From Patescibacteria group bacterium (GTDB taxonomy: Bacteria > Patescibacteriota > Patescibacteriia > GWA2-46-9): a DNA stretch of 64,000 nucleotides. Location of the stretch: assembly GCA_041675205.1 (NCBI GenBank), contig JBAYUF010000004.1:29898-93897 (forward strand). The letters run 5' to 3'. Numbering within the stretch: the stretch's first letter is position 1; every line of letters starts with the position of its first letter. Positions 35,608 to 45,578 of this stretch are shown piece by piece. Position numbers and translations under genes: made by a program. A model generated the notes under the pieces. It did no database searches. It saw only the letters and a program-made list of their open reading frames with translations, and was not told the DNA's origin.

Positions 35608-36360
35608 TTAGGTTAATTGCCGCACGGCACCAACGTAACTACAATAATCGCAATCTTTCCCGGGCAGCGGCACGACTGAGCCATCCATACAACGTCGAAG
35701 CGCAAAGATAGTATTTTGAATCCATGCGTCATCCCCCGTATAGGGAATAAGCGTGACCTCAAATTCAATCTTACCGTCAAACGCTTTCCGATCAGTTAGC
35801 CCATTGCAGTACACGAAATAACCGGTCGAAGAAACCTTATGTCCGTTCTGTCTGAGAAGCCACTGATAAATCTCCATCTGACGCTTATAACCAATATGCC
35901 AGTCCTGGTTCAGGCTGGTGATGCTTTCACCTTTGCTGGTGGCTTTGTAATCAACGACAATGTATTCACCGGCGGAATTTTGCCAGAGGTCGTCAATGGC
36001 GCCGGTGATGATGAGGTTCGTTGTCTCGTGTAAGTATTCAATGCCTTTAAAATTTTCTCGCCAATCATTCAATTGCTCATGCGCCACAGGCCGAGCATCA
36101 ACGCCATATTTTTCAATAAGCGGATGTTGCGTGCCATTGACTCGATGAATATCGAATTCTTTTTTAAGAAGTGTGTCGACCGCAGTGTTAAGGTTGAAAG
36201 GAAAACCCGGTGGCCGGCCAACACCTAACCGGCGGTCAAGATAAAAGCAACGGGGACATTCGATAAATAAATCTATTTTTGAACGACTAATTTTGAATGG
36301 TCGAGGGCTTGCCGGGTCAAAAATATTCCGTGTTCGAGTGGGATTATAGTATTTGCTCAT
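35608..36360 (-). CDS. PD-(D/E)XK nuclease superfamily protein, Cas4/RecB-like with Cys cluster
   Basis: An N-terminal CPRC, the motifs IITGAIDDL and IVVDYK (D...D/ExK), and a C-terminal C-x14-CDYC suggest an Fe-S nuclease fold. No CRISPR array is nearby. Confidence 0.6.
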   Translation of the reverse strand: MSKYYNPTRTRNIFDPASPRPFKISRSKIDLFIECPRCFYLDRRLGVGRPPGFPFNLNTAVDTLLKKEFDIHRVNGTQHPLIEKYGVDARPVAHEQLNDWRENFKGIEYLHETTNLIITGAIDDLWQNSAGEYIVVDYKATSKGESITSLNQDWHIGYKRQMEIYQWLLRQNGHKVSSTGYFVYCNGLTDRKAFDGKIEFEVTLIPYTGDDAWIQNTIFALRRCMDGSVVPLPGKDCDYCSYVGAVRQLT

Positions 36361-36450
36361 ACCGAAAGTATAGCACGGCGCGCGTTTGACGCTCTACTCG
36401 ATTCGCTATAAGATTTTGTCCTCTTTCGACAATTTCAGGAGGAACTCGCC

Positions 36451-37482
36451 ATGAACGACAAGGACGTATTGAATGCGGCAATCGACTGGCTTGTTGCCGA
36501 CCGGCTGCCGAATGACTTCTCTTTCACAACCTGCCTAAAGGCACTCTTCAAATGCGACGATGTGCCTTTGATCGCTCGATTTCTCAGCGAGCACTTCGCC
36601 TGGCTACGGCACAACACTGCTGTGGCACACGAGCACATCATCGAAGCCTTCTGGCTACTAAAAACGGAGCCAGTGGTGGTGCCCGGTCGGGTACTACAGC
36701 TTGGTGGAACCGGCGGCGCAGGTAAATCACGCAGACTGAACACCACGAGTTTAGCAACACTTGTGGCGGCCAGCGTGGATAGCGGCTGGCAGATAGTGAA
36801 GTTCGGTAATTCCGGACAACGCACGGCGGGCAGTACCGACTTCTGGGAAATAGCACTCGGTATTCCTGGAAGCTCACTGAACGTCGCACGCGCAACGAGT
36901 ACTCTACCAACAACTGGTTTGGCCATTATTCATGCCAGAACGGTCATCCCCTTGCTCGGAAAATTGCGCGCAGCCCGCCAGCAAGTCCAGGGGCCTACTG
37001 TTCTGAACCTCGTTGGTCCGTTGCTTCACCCTATCTACGGCGAAGAAACAATGGCGGCGATTGGGGTTTTTGACGAGAAGTTCCTGATGCCAGTAGCGCA
37101 CGCCATGCAGCAGCTTGGTTTGTCTGGGGTTGTATATAGCGGCACAGGCGAGCACGGTAGCTGGCTCGATGAACTCTCTTCAGACGGCATGACCTACGTG
37201 ATTGGTATTGGGCGGAACGAATTGTACCGTCCGGCAACGCTGCTCACTCAGTACTTTTCCACGTCAGAAACAGTGAGTGCAGCTGTCCTCGACAGACTCG
37301 TCCAAGGTGACGTTGAAAACCCTGCGGCTCGATGGGTTATCGAAAATGCGGCGTTCTTACTTGCGGCCACTGGTCGACCGGGCAGCGCACCAAATGCAGC
37401 GAGTGTTCGAGAGGTGACGATCACACTGAACAACGCCGTACGAAATGGTTCGGTGAAACGCCTCATTGAGGCATACCGATAG
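36451..37482 (+). CDS. TrpD2/YbiB-like protein (anthranilate phosphoribosyltransferase family, glycosyltransferase family 3)
   Basis: Gly-rich loop LQLGGTGGAGKSRRLNT; GC-rich with AGGAGG SD. Confidence 0.6.
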   Translation: MNDKDVLNAAIDWLVADRLPNDFSFTTCLKALFKCDDVPLIARFLSEHFAWLRHNTAVAHEHIIEAFWLLKTEPVVVPGRVLQLGGTGGAGKSRRLNTTSLATLVAASVDSGWQIVKFGNSGQRTAGSTDFWEIALGIPGSSLNVARATSTLPTTGLAIIHARTVIPLLGKLRAARQQVQGPTVLNLVGPLLHPIYGEETMAAIGVFDEKFLMPVAHAMQQLGLSGVVYSGTGEHGSWLDELSSDGMTYVIGIGRNELYRPATLLTQYFSTSETVSAAVLDRLVQGDVENPAARWVIENAAFLLAATGRPGSAPNAASVREVTITLNNAVRNGSVKRLIEAYR

Positions 37483-37497
37483 AAAAAAGGGGGTACT

Positions 37498-37546
37498 GAA
37501 ACAAACCGGGCGCTTCGCAAACCTGCGAAGCGCCCGGTTCCCTTTT
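37498..37546. terminator. Bidirectional terminator (14-bp perfect stem)
   Basis: The hairpin ccgggcgcttcgca-aacc-tgcgaagcgcccgg is flanked by A- and T-runs. Confidence 0.8.
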
Positions 37547-37561
37547 GGGGTACTAGGGTAA

Positions 37562-38038
37562 CTACCAGCCTAAACCGCCACCCATACCACCCATCATACG
37601 ACCATGCTGCCGACCCGTCGTCTTTCCCTTACGCTCTGTCACCTGCTTCTCAAGCGCAGCCAAACGTTTGTCGCTTTGTGCCTGCGTAATAACACCCTTT
37701 GAAACGAGCGTTGCCAAATGCTGCTTTACTGTTTCTTGCTGCGCGGCTTGAATGCGTTCTTTCAACTGTGCATCGGTAAGCCCTTGTGCAGTAGCGATAT
37801 CCGCAATTGACTTCCCGTCAGCCCACGCATCTTTTACGACATCGGCAGAAACGCCCAGCAACTTTGCCGCTGCATCAAAATGCTGCTGCTGACGACTACT
37901 TACTTCGTCTGCAGACAAGCTTGGCTCAGCAAAAGAAAATCCACTGCCAAACATGCCGCGCGCAGAAACAGCTGATGCGCCGAACAAACTTAAGCCGATA
38001 ACCGGTGCGAACGCGTAAACAAGGTACTTCTTTTTCAT
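37562..38038 (-). CDS. Hypothetical secreted protein (signal peptide, Gly/Met-rich C-terminus)
   Basis: It has a signal peptide (MKKKYLVYAFAPVIGLSLFGASAVSA) and no recognisable family. Confidence 0.5.
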   Translation of the reverse strand: MKKKYLVYAFAPVIGLSLFGASAVSARGMFGSGFSFAEPSLSADEVSSRQQQHFDAAAKLLGVSADVVKDAWADGKSIADIATAQGLTDAQLKERIQAAQQETVKQHLATLVSKGVITQAQSDKRLAALEKQVTERKGKTTGRQHGRMMGGMGGGLGW

Positions 38039-38132
38039 GTAAATAAGTTTAGCTGTATAAGAATGGCATCTGTCGACCGATGCCTATAACTACTACAACG
38101 ACACGCTGGACTTCTTACGTTACCAGCTCTTA

Positions 38133-38921
38133 CTACGGTACCAGCGGGATCATCATTGGTGCGCCTGGCCGCATCATCCTGCCCCTAAATTGTTCGCCAT
38201 CAACCGGCCGTAAACCATCGGCCATGATTATGCCATTATTGTGATTACCTAAAACAATAACGACATCACCCATCTTGAGATCTAAACCACTTGGCAGGCG
38301 TGTCTGTCGTGTGACGACGACGCGTACATCGTCACCATTACGAAGCGTCATAGTAAAACCATCATCCGTCCATTCCGCAACCGTACCCACATTCACCCGT
38401 GGCGTTTCCCGTGTGTCGAGTGATCGGTAGAAAGGTTCTGCGAAAGGCACATGCCGGCGCAGCGCTTGATCAGCAAACGTGCGGTGTAAGCGAACACGAT
38501 CGAATAGAAAACTCCCCACGAGAAACAGGATGAACAGCACGACTGCAGAGTATACGAGCGGTTGACGATATGCGAATTGAAAATGCTTAACAAGGTACAC
38601 CAAAGCGAGTAAGACCAGACCTGCAAATCCCGCTACAAGCCATGGGAATGACCAGAAAAGGATGCCAAACCCGGGAGCTCCAAATGCTGGCATGAAAAAA
38701 GTTCCGTTCATCCGCATAATGAACATGGCTAGACTCCCGACAAAGATGACAACGGCAAATCCGAAGAGCACCATGGTCACAAAAAGGATGCCTCGTATTA
38801 AAAAATGCCAACGCGGCCGCATACTAACATCCTTGTTATGGATGCGCTCAAGCACGGCTTTCCCTAGGTCGGTCAAGGATGGTGTGGTTTTTTTATCTTC
38901 CATAGGGATGTCGTTTTTCAT
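38133..38921 (-). CDS. Putative anti-sigma factor (membrane protein downstream of ECF sigma)
   Basis: Its position immediately after, and overlapping the end of, the ECF sigma gene supports this call. It has several TM helices, and the start is ambiguous (38903, 38921 or 38966). Confidence 0.45.
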   Translation of the reverse strand: MKNDIPMEDKKTTPSLTDLGKAVLERIHNKDVSMRPRWHFLIRGILFVTMVLFGFAVVIFVGSLAMFIMRMNGTFFMPAFGAPGFGILFWSFPWLVAGFAGLVLLALVYLVKHFQFAYRQPLVYSAVVLFILFLVGSFLFDRVRLHRTFADQALRRHVPFAEPFYRSLDTRETPRVNVGTVAEWTDDGFTMTLRNGDDVRVVVTRQTRLPSGLDLKMGDVVIVLGNHNNGIIMADGLRPVDGEQFRGRMMRPGAPMMIPLVP

Positions 38922-39453
38922 AAAGCTGACGAAGTGCCTCTTTTGCCCGAAGTAATCGGACACCAACAGTGGCGATGGGAATCTCTAAAATATCCGCTAT
39001 CTCTTGGTAGCTCATATCTTCAAAGTAATAAAAAATGAGCGGCTCACGGTACTTAACGTCAAGCAATTGAATAAGCTCGTCGAAGGCATCACGAAGTTCC
39101 CGTTCTAAAATATTCTTATCTGTTCGTTCTGCGGCAATTGGGTGCGGAAAAAGTACGTCAGGATCAAAGAAAGGCAACGCGTCGTGGCCAGACTTTTTTA
39201 TGGCGTTCACAAATTCGTTATGTGCTATCCGGTACAGCCATGGAGAAAAACGACGCTTCGCATTAAAACTATTTAAATTGACGTACGCTTTCAAAAAAAC
39301 ATCTTGCACCTTATCCTCAGCGTCTTCTCGCGTCGAAAGAAACCGACGGGCATACCGCAGCATCTTTCCCTCATACCGTTCAACAAGCGCAGCAAATGCA
39401 CTCACATCGCCCCGCTGTACAGACGCGGCTATTTCCTCGTCAGACTCTACCAT
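38893..39453 (-). CDS. ECF (sigma-70 family group 4) RNA polymerase sigma factor
   Basis: A region 2 motif (FSPWLYRIAHNEFVN) and a region 4 HTH (SYQEIADILEIPIATVGVRLLRAKEAL) are present. Confidence 0.85.
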   Translation of the reverse strand: MVESDEEIAASVQRGDVSAFAALVERYEGKMLRYARRFLSTREDAEDKVQDVFLKAYVNLNSFNAKRRFSPWLYRIAHNEFVNAIKKSGHDALPFFDPDVLFPHPIAAERTDKNILERELRDAFDELIQLLDVKYREPLIFYYFEDMSYQEIADILEIPIATVGVRLLRAKEALRQLYEKRHPYGR

Positions 39454-39499
39454 AGCTACCTTATACTACCCTTTTCTGTCCGATTTCTTTCACCTACCC

Positions 39500-39931
39500 C
39501 TACGACTGTTTTCCTTTTAGAGCGTGTAGCAGCGAAATAATTTCTTTCAGTTTTTCATCTTCAATTCGTGCTAATGCCTGTTGCAACTCTTCAATTTCTT
39601 CTTTTGCACGCTTGTTTGTTTCGTAATCGTCCAAAGCTTGAACACGATCCCGTTCACCTTGACGATTCTGCGACATCATAATTATCGGTGCCGCATACGC
39701 CGCCTGCGTAGAAAATAGTAAGTTCAGCAATATGAAAGGGTACGGGTCCCACCGTAACGTGTAGGCGACCAAATTAAGAACAATCCACACGAAGACAAGA
39801 ACACTTTGCAAAATAATGAAGTGCCAGGAGCCCATATATGCTGCCACCGCATCAGCCAAGCGTTGACCTACCGTTCGCTCTTCGTTATGACGTTCGTGCC
39901 AGGTTTTTATTTGGTTTGAGATATATGACAT
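39500..39931 (-). CDS. DUF1003 family membrane protein
   Basis: Two TM helices are followed by the MMSQNRQGERDR coiled-coil tail. It is a paralog of the frameshifted gene at 51998-52530. Confidence 0.6.
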   Translation of the reverse strand: MSYISNQIKTWHERHNEERTVGQRLADAVAAYMGSWHFIILQSVLVFVWIVLNLVAYTLRWDPYPFILLNLLFSTQAAYAAPIIMMSQNRQGERDRVQALDDYETNKRAKEEIEELQQALARIEDEKLKEIISLLHALKGKQS

Positions 39932-39962
39932 AGTGAAAGTATAGCATGACTCTCAAGCTACC

Positions 39963-41078
39963 TTACACTGCCGCAGGCTTCTCTCGACCAAAAACAATTG
40001 CCGCCAGCAAGCTACTTAACGGCACTGCCAAAACAAGTGCGGAAGAACCAACCAGCGTACGAATGACTTCTTCTATAATTATTTGGCTGTTTAACGTTAC
40101 CCAAAGTGGCTGAGTAGGAAAGGCGGCCACGAGCAAAAACAAAGGGAACGATGCGCCGGCATAGGCCAGGGCCAGTGTATTCACGAGCGCTGCAATATGC
40201 TCTCGACCCACCGACATACCACGGTGATAAAGTTCGGTTACCGAAAGTGAACCATTCGCTTTGTGGATTTCCTCGATAGCCGCTACCTGACTCGTTGTAA
40301 CGTCATCGAGTACGCCTAAGGTACCAATAATGATGGCACCAAAAAGTAAACCACGTAAATCAAGATTCTCAAACTGCCCAACCTGAATGTAGTACGCCTC
40401 TTCTGAAGCAGCACCGGAAAGTTTTGCAAACAGCACTGCCAGCCCAGCCACCGCAACGGTACCAAGCAAGGTGAGTAAGGTGCTGGTCAACGCCAGCCAT
40501 GTACGTTGCGTATGGCCATGGGCAACAAAAATTGAAATAACCGCAATCACGGCGGCACCCAAGACGCACACCCACAGCGGGCTGTACCCATGAAGAATGA
40601 GTGGCACAATTGCGAAAGCAATTACCGCAATACTAATGCCAAGGCCCACTATCGCACCTATCCCCTGACGTCTTCCTACTACTGCGACCAATAAAAAGAA
40701 TAGTCCGAACAGAGCGCCAACCCGCGGCAATCGATAGCGTTCGGCTATGTAATAACGCTCTAACGACTCATCATCTTCCGACCGAATCAGAACGACTGTT
40801 TCACCAGCAACTGCAAACTCACCCTCTCGAACGAGGTAATCACCGCCATGACGGATATCAAAAATTTCACCAGCATCAAGGCCACCAAGAACTCGAACAC
40901 GTACATCTTGATAGGTTGATGCGCCATTTTCTGTTTCATCGCTCCCGGTGCGTAGTACTTCAATCACCTCGCCGCGAACATAGGTATTGTAAATAACCGG
41001 CGCTTCTGTTTCTGCGGCAGCAATTATCGGCAGCGACCAAACAATGATGCTGAGGAGAGCAATAGTTCGACTACGCAT
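39963..41078 (-). CDS. YibE/F family membrane protein
   Basis: A signal peptide and periplasmic domain are followed by a polytopic C-terminal region. Confidence 0.55.
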   Translation of the reverse strand: MRSRTIALLSIIVWSLPIIAAAETEAPVIYNTYVRGEVIEVLRTGSDETENGASTYQDVRVRVLGGLDAGEIFDIRHGGDYLVREGEFAVAGETVVLIRSEDDESLERYYIAERYRLPRVGALFGLFFLLVAVVGRRQGIGAIVGLGISIAVIAFAIVPLILHGYSPLWVCVLGAAVIAVISIFVAHGHTQRTWLALTSTLLTLLGTVAVAGLAVLFAKLSGAASEEAYYIQVGQFENLDLRGLLFGAIIIGTLGVLDDVTTSQVAAIEEIHKANGSLSVTELYHRGMSVGREHIAALVNTLALAYAGASFPLFLLVAAFPTQPLWVTLNSQIIIEEVIRTLVGSSALVLAVPLSSLLAAIVFGREKPAAV

Positions 41079-41499
41079 GTTTCTTAGAGCAGCGCATGCA
41101 AAGTCCAAAAAATTCTAAGGCGTGTTCGTCAATACGAGCGAAAGATTTTGTTTGTTTCAATACTTTTCGACGTACAGCAGCAATACCACACTCTTGAAAA
41201 TTCTCTACTGCTCCGCAGTTTCGACACACTACGTGATGATGGTCGTCTGAAGCAACTTCATAGTGCGCATGGCCATGACGCAAATTGACTTGCCGCACAG
41301 CGCCGCAGTTCTCAAGCGATTCAAGTGTTCTGTACACGGTCGCTTGATCAGTCGTCGCCGTAAGCCCAGCAAGAACACCGCGGATACTAAGCGGCCCAGG
41401 CGCGTGTAGTAATGTGTCTAAAATAGCAACGCGTGAAGCAGTTACCCGTAGACCTTTTGATTTTAAGATATTCCTTGAAGTGACTGTAATTTTTTTCAT
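41071..41499 (-). CDS. Fur family transcriptional regulator (Zur/PerR-like)
   Basis: A winged HTH, the HHHVVCRNCG motif and a C-terminal CxxC are present. Confidence 0.85.
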   Translation of the reverse strand: MKKITVTSRNILKSKGLRVTASRVAILDTLLHAPGPLSIRGVLAGLTATTDQATVYRTLESLENCGAVRQVNLRHGHAHYEVASDDHHHVVCRNCGAVENFQECGIAAVRRKVLKQTKSFARIDEHALEFFGLCMRCSKKHA

Positions 41500-41506
41500 A
41501 CCGTTG

Positions 41507-41875
41507 CTACTCAAGTAGCAGGAACGTTGCGCTGACGTTACGGTCAGAAAAACGATACTCCAGAATTTCGCCTTCAGCTTTCTTCTCTGCTAACCACATC
41601 GCAACAACTTTTCGTAAGGCGCCAGTGCCGATACCAAAAATTATCTTACCTGTGCGCTGACTCTGGTACACCGCTTGATCCAAAAAATCATCCAACTCAC
41701 GAAGCGCTTCAGCCACATTCTTCCCGTGTAAATCTAGCTGTGGGGTTTCTGGATTCACCCCTGCTGCCGCCAATATGGTGCCACGGATATCCGAAACTGG
41801 TGGGGCAACTTCGCTAGGTGAACCAGCACCTTCGCGCATTTTCAATTTCCATGATTTTGGCATAAGCGTAAGCAT
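41507..41875 (-). CDS. Smr domain protein
   Basis: An LDLHG motif is followed by the Smr fold. Confidence 0.72.
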   Translation of the reverse strand: MLTLMPKSWKLKMREGAGSPSEVAPPVSDIRGTILAAAGVNPETPQLDLHGKNVAEALRELDDFLDQAVYQSQRTGKIIFGIGTGALRKVVAMWLAEKKAEGEILEYRFSDRNVSATFLLLE

Positions 41876-41958
41876 AACGTACTATTCATAAACCGTAAAA
41901 AACAGGCATAACTTATGTAACGCCTGTTTCTTGCCACCCAGCATGCTAAACTTATCAT

Positions 41959-43803
41959 ATGAATAATCGAATAAACTACCTGTTACTTGCCAGTATAGTC
42001 CTTAGTGCCACGCTGGCTGCTGTGCTCTACTTCGTGGGTAGTAATCTTGCTACTACCGTGCTATTCGTCACGCTCATTGTTGGCAGCCTCCCGACGGGCT
42101 ATCGAATTATTCGCTCAGCGCTACGAGGCCAAATGGGTGCGGATTTTATTGCGCTTGCCGCCATTTTGACAGCACTTATCATGGGCCAGTATCTGGCTGG
42201 CGTTGCGATTCTCCTCATGCTCACCACGGGTGAAGCCCTAGATTCCTACGCCCAAGGTCGTGCCACGGCCGAGCTTACGAAGCTACTCGAAAACACACCA
42301 CGCACAGCGCACCGACAACAAACGAATGGACAAATTGAAGACATACCCATAGAAGCAGTCGTTATTGGAGACACCCTCATAATTAAACCAAGCGAAATCG
42401 TGCCAATTGACTGTGTGGTTATCCAGGGCGACATCACAATAGATGAATCTGCTATCACCGGTGAAAGTTTACCCGTCAGTAAATCCCCAGGTTCAATTGT
42501 ATACAGTGGCTCGATTACCACCGATCAGCCCTTTACTGCCCGAGCCACTAGCACAAGTGCAGCCAGCCGTTATCAAACAATTGTTCGCCTCGTACGCAAT
42601 GCCCAGGAAGAACGCTCCCCCATTGTTCGCCTGGCGGACAAGTACGCTGGTCAATTCACCATTGCAACCTTTTTACTTGCCGGCCTGGCGTGGTTTGTTT
42701 CTGGTGACCCAACCCGCATGCTCGCTGTGCTTGTTGTTGCCTCGCCTTGCCCGCTTATACTTGCAGCACCCATAGCAATGATTTCTGGCATCAGTAAGGC
42801 TGCCAGCCGAGGCGTTATTATGAAAAGCGGCTCGGCACTTGAACGGTTAGCTGGCGCTCGAGGCCTTATTTTTGACAAAACCGGCACCCTCACGGTTGGG
42901 AAACCAACGGCTGTCCGTATTGTTGCTTTTGACGCACATACCGAAGATGACGTCCTCAGCATTGCCGCCTCAGTGGATCAACTTTCCACGCATGTTTTTG
43001 CTCGAGCTATCGTAGCTGAGGCACAAAGTAAAAAGCTTCAGCTTGTATACCCTGAGGCTTTTTCCGAAGTTATTAGTCACGGCACTGTCGGCACGATCAA
43101 AGGAACGCGCTACGTCGTTGGCTCCCTGCAACACATACATAAGCAAAAGCTAGCAATTCCCACAACACTCGCCGCAATCGAAGCAACGGCTCGTGAGGAA
43201 GGTTTGTCAGTCGTTTGTGTGGCCAGTGAAACTGCCATACTCGGATATATCCTGTTCGCTGATGTCATTCAACCTGATGTGCATGATTTATTCCAAAAAA
43301 TACGTAGTCACTCGTTACAAAAAATTGTCATGCTAACGGGAGACAAAATCGCTGTGGCTGAAAAAATTTCCGCAGCGGTCGGCATTGAGGAATACCACGC
43401 GGAACTACTTCCGGAAGACAAAGTACTGTGGGTTAAAAAACTACAGACCGAGCACGGCCCCATGGCCATGGTTGGTGACGGCATTAACGACGCACCAGCT
43501 CTCGCCGCTGCCTCCGTTGGCATTGCCATCGCCCACGGTGGAGCAACAGCAGCATCCGAAACAGGTGACATTATTATCACTGGTGCCGGCATTGCCAACA
43601 TTCACGATGCTATCCACATTGCCCAGCGTTCGAGTCAACTCGCGAAACAAAGTATCGGCGTTGGCATGGGTCTAAGTATCGGGCTTATGGTTTTTGCGGC
43701 GTTCGGTTACATTCCACCAGTACTCGGTGCGGTACTGCAAGAAGTCGTTGACGTTATTGTTATTGCCAACGCACTTCGACTACACCTTGAAACAATTACG
43801 TAA
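41959..43803 (+). CDS. Heavy-metal translocating P1B-type ATPase
   Basis: DKTGTLT, GDGINDAPAL and the TM6 motif SPC (ASPCPL) are present in a 614-aa protein. Confidence 0.9.
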   Translation: MNNRINYLLLASIVLSATLAAVLYFVGSNLATTVLFVTLIVGSLPTGYRIIRSALRGQMGADFIALAAILTALIMGQYLAGVAILLMLTTGEALDSYAQGRATAELTKLLENTPRTAHRQQTNGQIEDIPIEAVVIGDTLIIKPSEIVPIDCVVIQGDITIDESAITGESLPVSKSPGSIVYSGSITTDQPFTARATSTSAASRYQTIVRLVRNAQEERSPIVRLADKYAGQFTIATFLLAGLAWFVSGDPTRMLAVLVVASPCPLILAAPIAMISGISKAASRGVIMKSGSALERLAGARGLIFDKTGTLTVGKPTAVRIVAFDAHTEDDVLSIAASVDQLSTHVFARAIVAEAQSKKLQLVYPEAFSEVISHGTVGTIKGTRYVVGSLQHIHKQKLAIPTTLAAIEATAREEGLSVVCVASETAILGYILFADVIQPDVHDLFQKIRSHSLQKIVMLTGDKIAVAEKISAAVGIEEYHAELLPEDKVLWVKKLQTEHGPMAMVGDGINDAPALAAASVGIAIAHGGATAASETGDIIITGAGIANIHDAIHIAQRSSQLAKQSIGVGMGLSIGLMVFAAFGYIPPVLGAVLQEVVDVIVIANALRLHLETIT

Positions 43804-43808
43804 GTTCA

Positions 43809-44585
43809 CTATCGCCAAAAGGCGTACAATGCCGCCAAGCCAATGCGGTAGTACCCAAACACAGTAAAATCATTTTTTGCCACATAGTGAAGTAACCAAC
43901 GAATGCTGAGTAGCGCAACGATAAATGCCGTTACAAATCCCACCACCAGAAGGTCCACATTCGCCCGAGTAAACAGTTCATAATTCTTTACGATATCCAG
44001 CATACTTGCCGCTGCAATTGTTGGCACTGCTAACAAAAAAGAAAACGCCACAATTGTTTGACGTCGAAGCCCCAAAAGTAGTCCACCAATAATGGTCGCG
44101 CCGGAACGCGACACCCCTGGGATAATTGCAACTGACTGAAAACAGCCGATTAAAAAACAGGTGTGGTAAGAAAGTTCAGAAATTTCAGCAGTCGTCGTTA
44201 TACTCGACTGACCGCGCCATTTTTCAAATACAAGTATAACGACACCGCCAAGAAACAGTGCCCAGAGCACAACCGTGGTATTGGCAAGTACATATTGTTT
44301 CAAAAACGGATAGAGCAGTATTCCAACGAGTCCGGTTGGCACAAACGCTACAGCTAAGCGCATAAGCACTTGCCATTGCAAAAAACTGCGCCAATAAAGG
44401 GTCACAACAGCCAGTATGGCACCGAGCTGAATAATAATTTCAAAACTTTTCAAAAAATCATCCGCCGTAATTCCGAGCACCTGACTTGTCAAAATAAGAT
44501 GCGCCGTTGAAGAAACAGGCAAGAACTCCGTTAGCCCTTCAACGATACCGAGAATGATGGCGTCAAAATAGGTCATGTGTGCCAC
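43809..44585 (-). CDS. uppP: Undecaprenyl-diphosphatase
   Basis: EGLTEFLPVSSTAHL and PGVSRSGATI match the UppP/BacA motifs. Confidence 0.9.
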   Translation of the reverse strand: MAHMTYFDAIILGIVEGLTEFLPVSSTAHLILTSQVLGITADDFLKSFEIIIQLGAILAVVTLYWRSFLQWQVLMRLAVAFVPTGLVGILLYPFLKQYVLANTTVVLWALFLGGVVILVFEKWRGQSSITTTAEISELSYHTCFLIGCFQSVAIIPGVSRSGATIIGGLLLGLRRQTIVAFSFLLAVPTIAAASMLDIVKNYELFTRANVDLLVVGFVTAFIVALLSIRWLLHYVAKNDFTVFGYYRIGLAALYAFWR

Positions 44586-44594
44586 ACTATCAAT

Positions 44595-45578
44595 TTAACG
44601 CTGTACCTGCTTCCAGCGCCACGAAATTAGAGTGACAAAGTAACGAAGATTCAACAGAAAAACTATTGTGTTCAAAACAACCAGCACACTTCCCACGCTT
44701 GCCAATACTCCAGCACTGACTCTGCTTAAAACATGAACCAACCACCACAGAAACGGGGCTGATGGATCTTCTTGTAGCTCATCAGAAAATAATAACTGTA
44801 CAGCAAGTTGAGGGCCACGATTGGCAGCCACCAAAAAAATATAGCCAACGAATATCCCCGCGACAGTCGACAGCATCGAGAAAAATACTACTTGTCGACC
44901 ACGGGCACTCGTCGGCATGGCAAATAATTGTAATCTTAACTGCGCTGACAAGATATCACCAATCATGGCAATACGACGTTTTAATCCAATCGTGAAGCCA
45001 AATTTTTTTTCTTTTACTACCTGTGTAACGCCAGGAAGCATGACAAAGCTCAAACCCTTACTGTAATGCTGCGCATAAAAATTAAGACCAGTTTCTACCC
45101 GAAAACGAACTTTGTAATAATCAGGCAATAACTTCCATAGCGCTTTAGTTAATGCACGTTCTCCACCCAAAAGCGCCGTGAACGCTAATACGTACCGCAA
45201 ATAGTAAACCGTTCGATGTCGCATACCCACGCACATTGCCACCTCTCCGTACAATACGGGCTCAAGAATCTTATCAATCGCTGAGTGAGTTAAGCCGACG
45301 ATATCGGCATCGGTAAAAAAGAGGAGTTCGCCCGTGGCAACCTTAACGCCAGCAGCAAGGGCTTGAGCTTTACCATGATTTTTTTGAAGACGAACCAATC
45401 GAACTGGGTAACGGGCAACAATCTCCGACAGATTATCGGTGGAACCGTCATCAACCACAATGACTTCAGAAAATCCAGTATACGTCGTCAAAACATCGAG
45501 CACGGTGGCTATTCGTGCAGCTTCGTTGAATGCGGCAACAATGGCGGTTACTTTTTGAGAAGACGATTCGATAGCCAT
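44595..45578 (-). CDS. Family 2 glycosyltransferase with C-terminal TM segments
   Basis: VIVVDDGSTDN and FFTDADI (DxD) are present. Confidence 0.8.
   Translation of the reverse strand: MAIESSSQKVTAIVAAFNEAARIATVLDVLTTYTGFSEVIVVDDGSTDNLSEIVARYPVRLVRLQKNHGKAQALAAGVKVATGELLFFTDADIVGLTHSAIDKILEPVLYGEVAMCVGMRHRTVYYLRYVLAFTALLGGERALTKALWKLLPDYYKVRFRVETGLNFYAQHYSKGLSFVMLPGVTQVVKEKKFGFTIGLKRRIAMIGDILSAQLRLQLFAMPTSARGRQVVFFSMLSTVAGIFVGYIFLVAANRGPQLAVQLLFSDELQEDPSAPFLWWLVHVLSRVSAGVLASVGSVLVVLNTIVFLLNLRYFVTLISWRWKQVQR

Noticed and set aside
41940-41985. Fur-box-like AT-rich sequence tcatATGAATAATCGAATAAAC near the P-type ATPase
   Set aside because: It is the start codon and first codons of the ATPase ORF (MNNRINY), not an operator.
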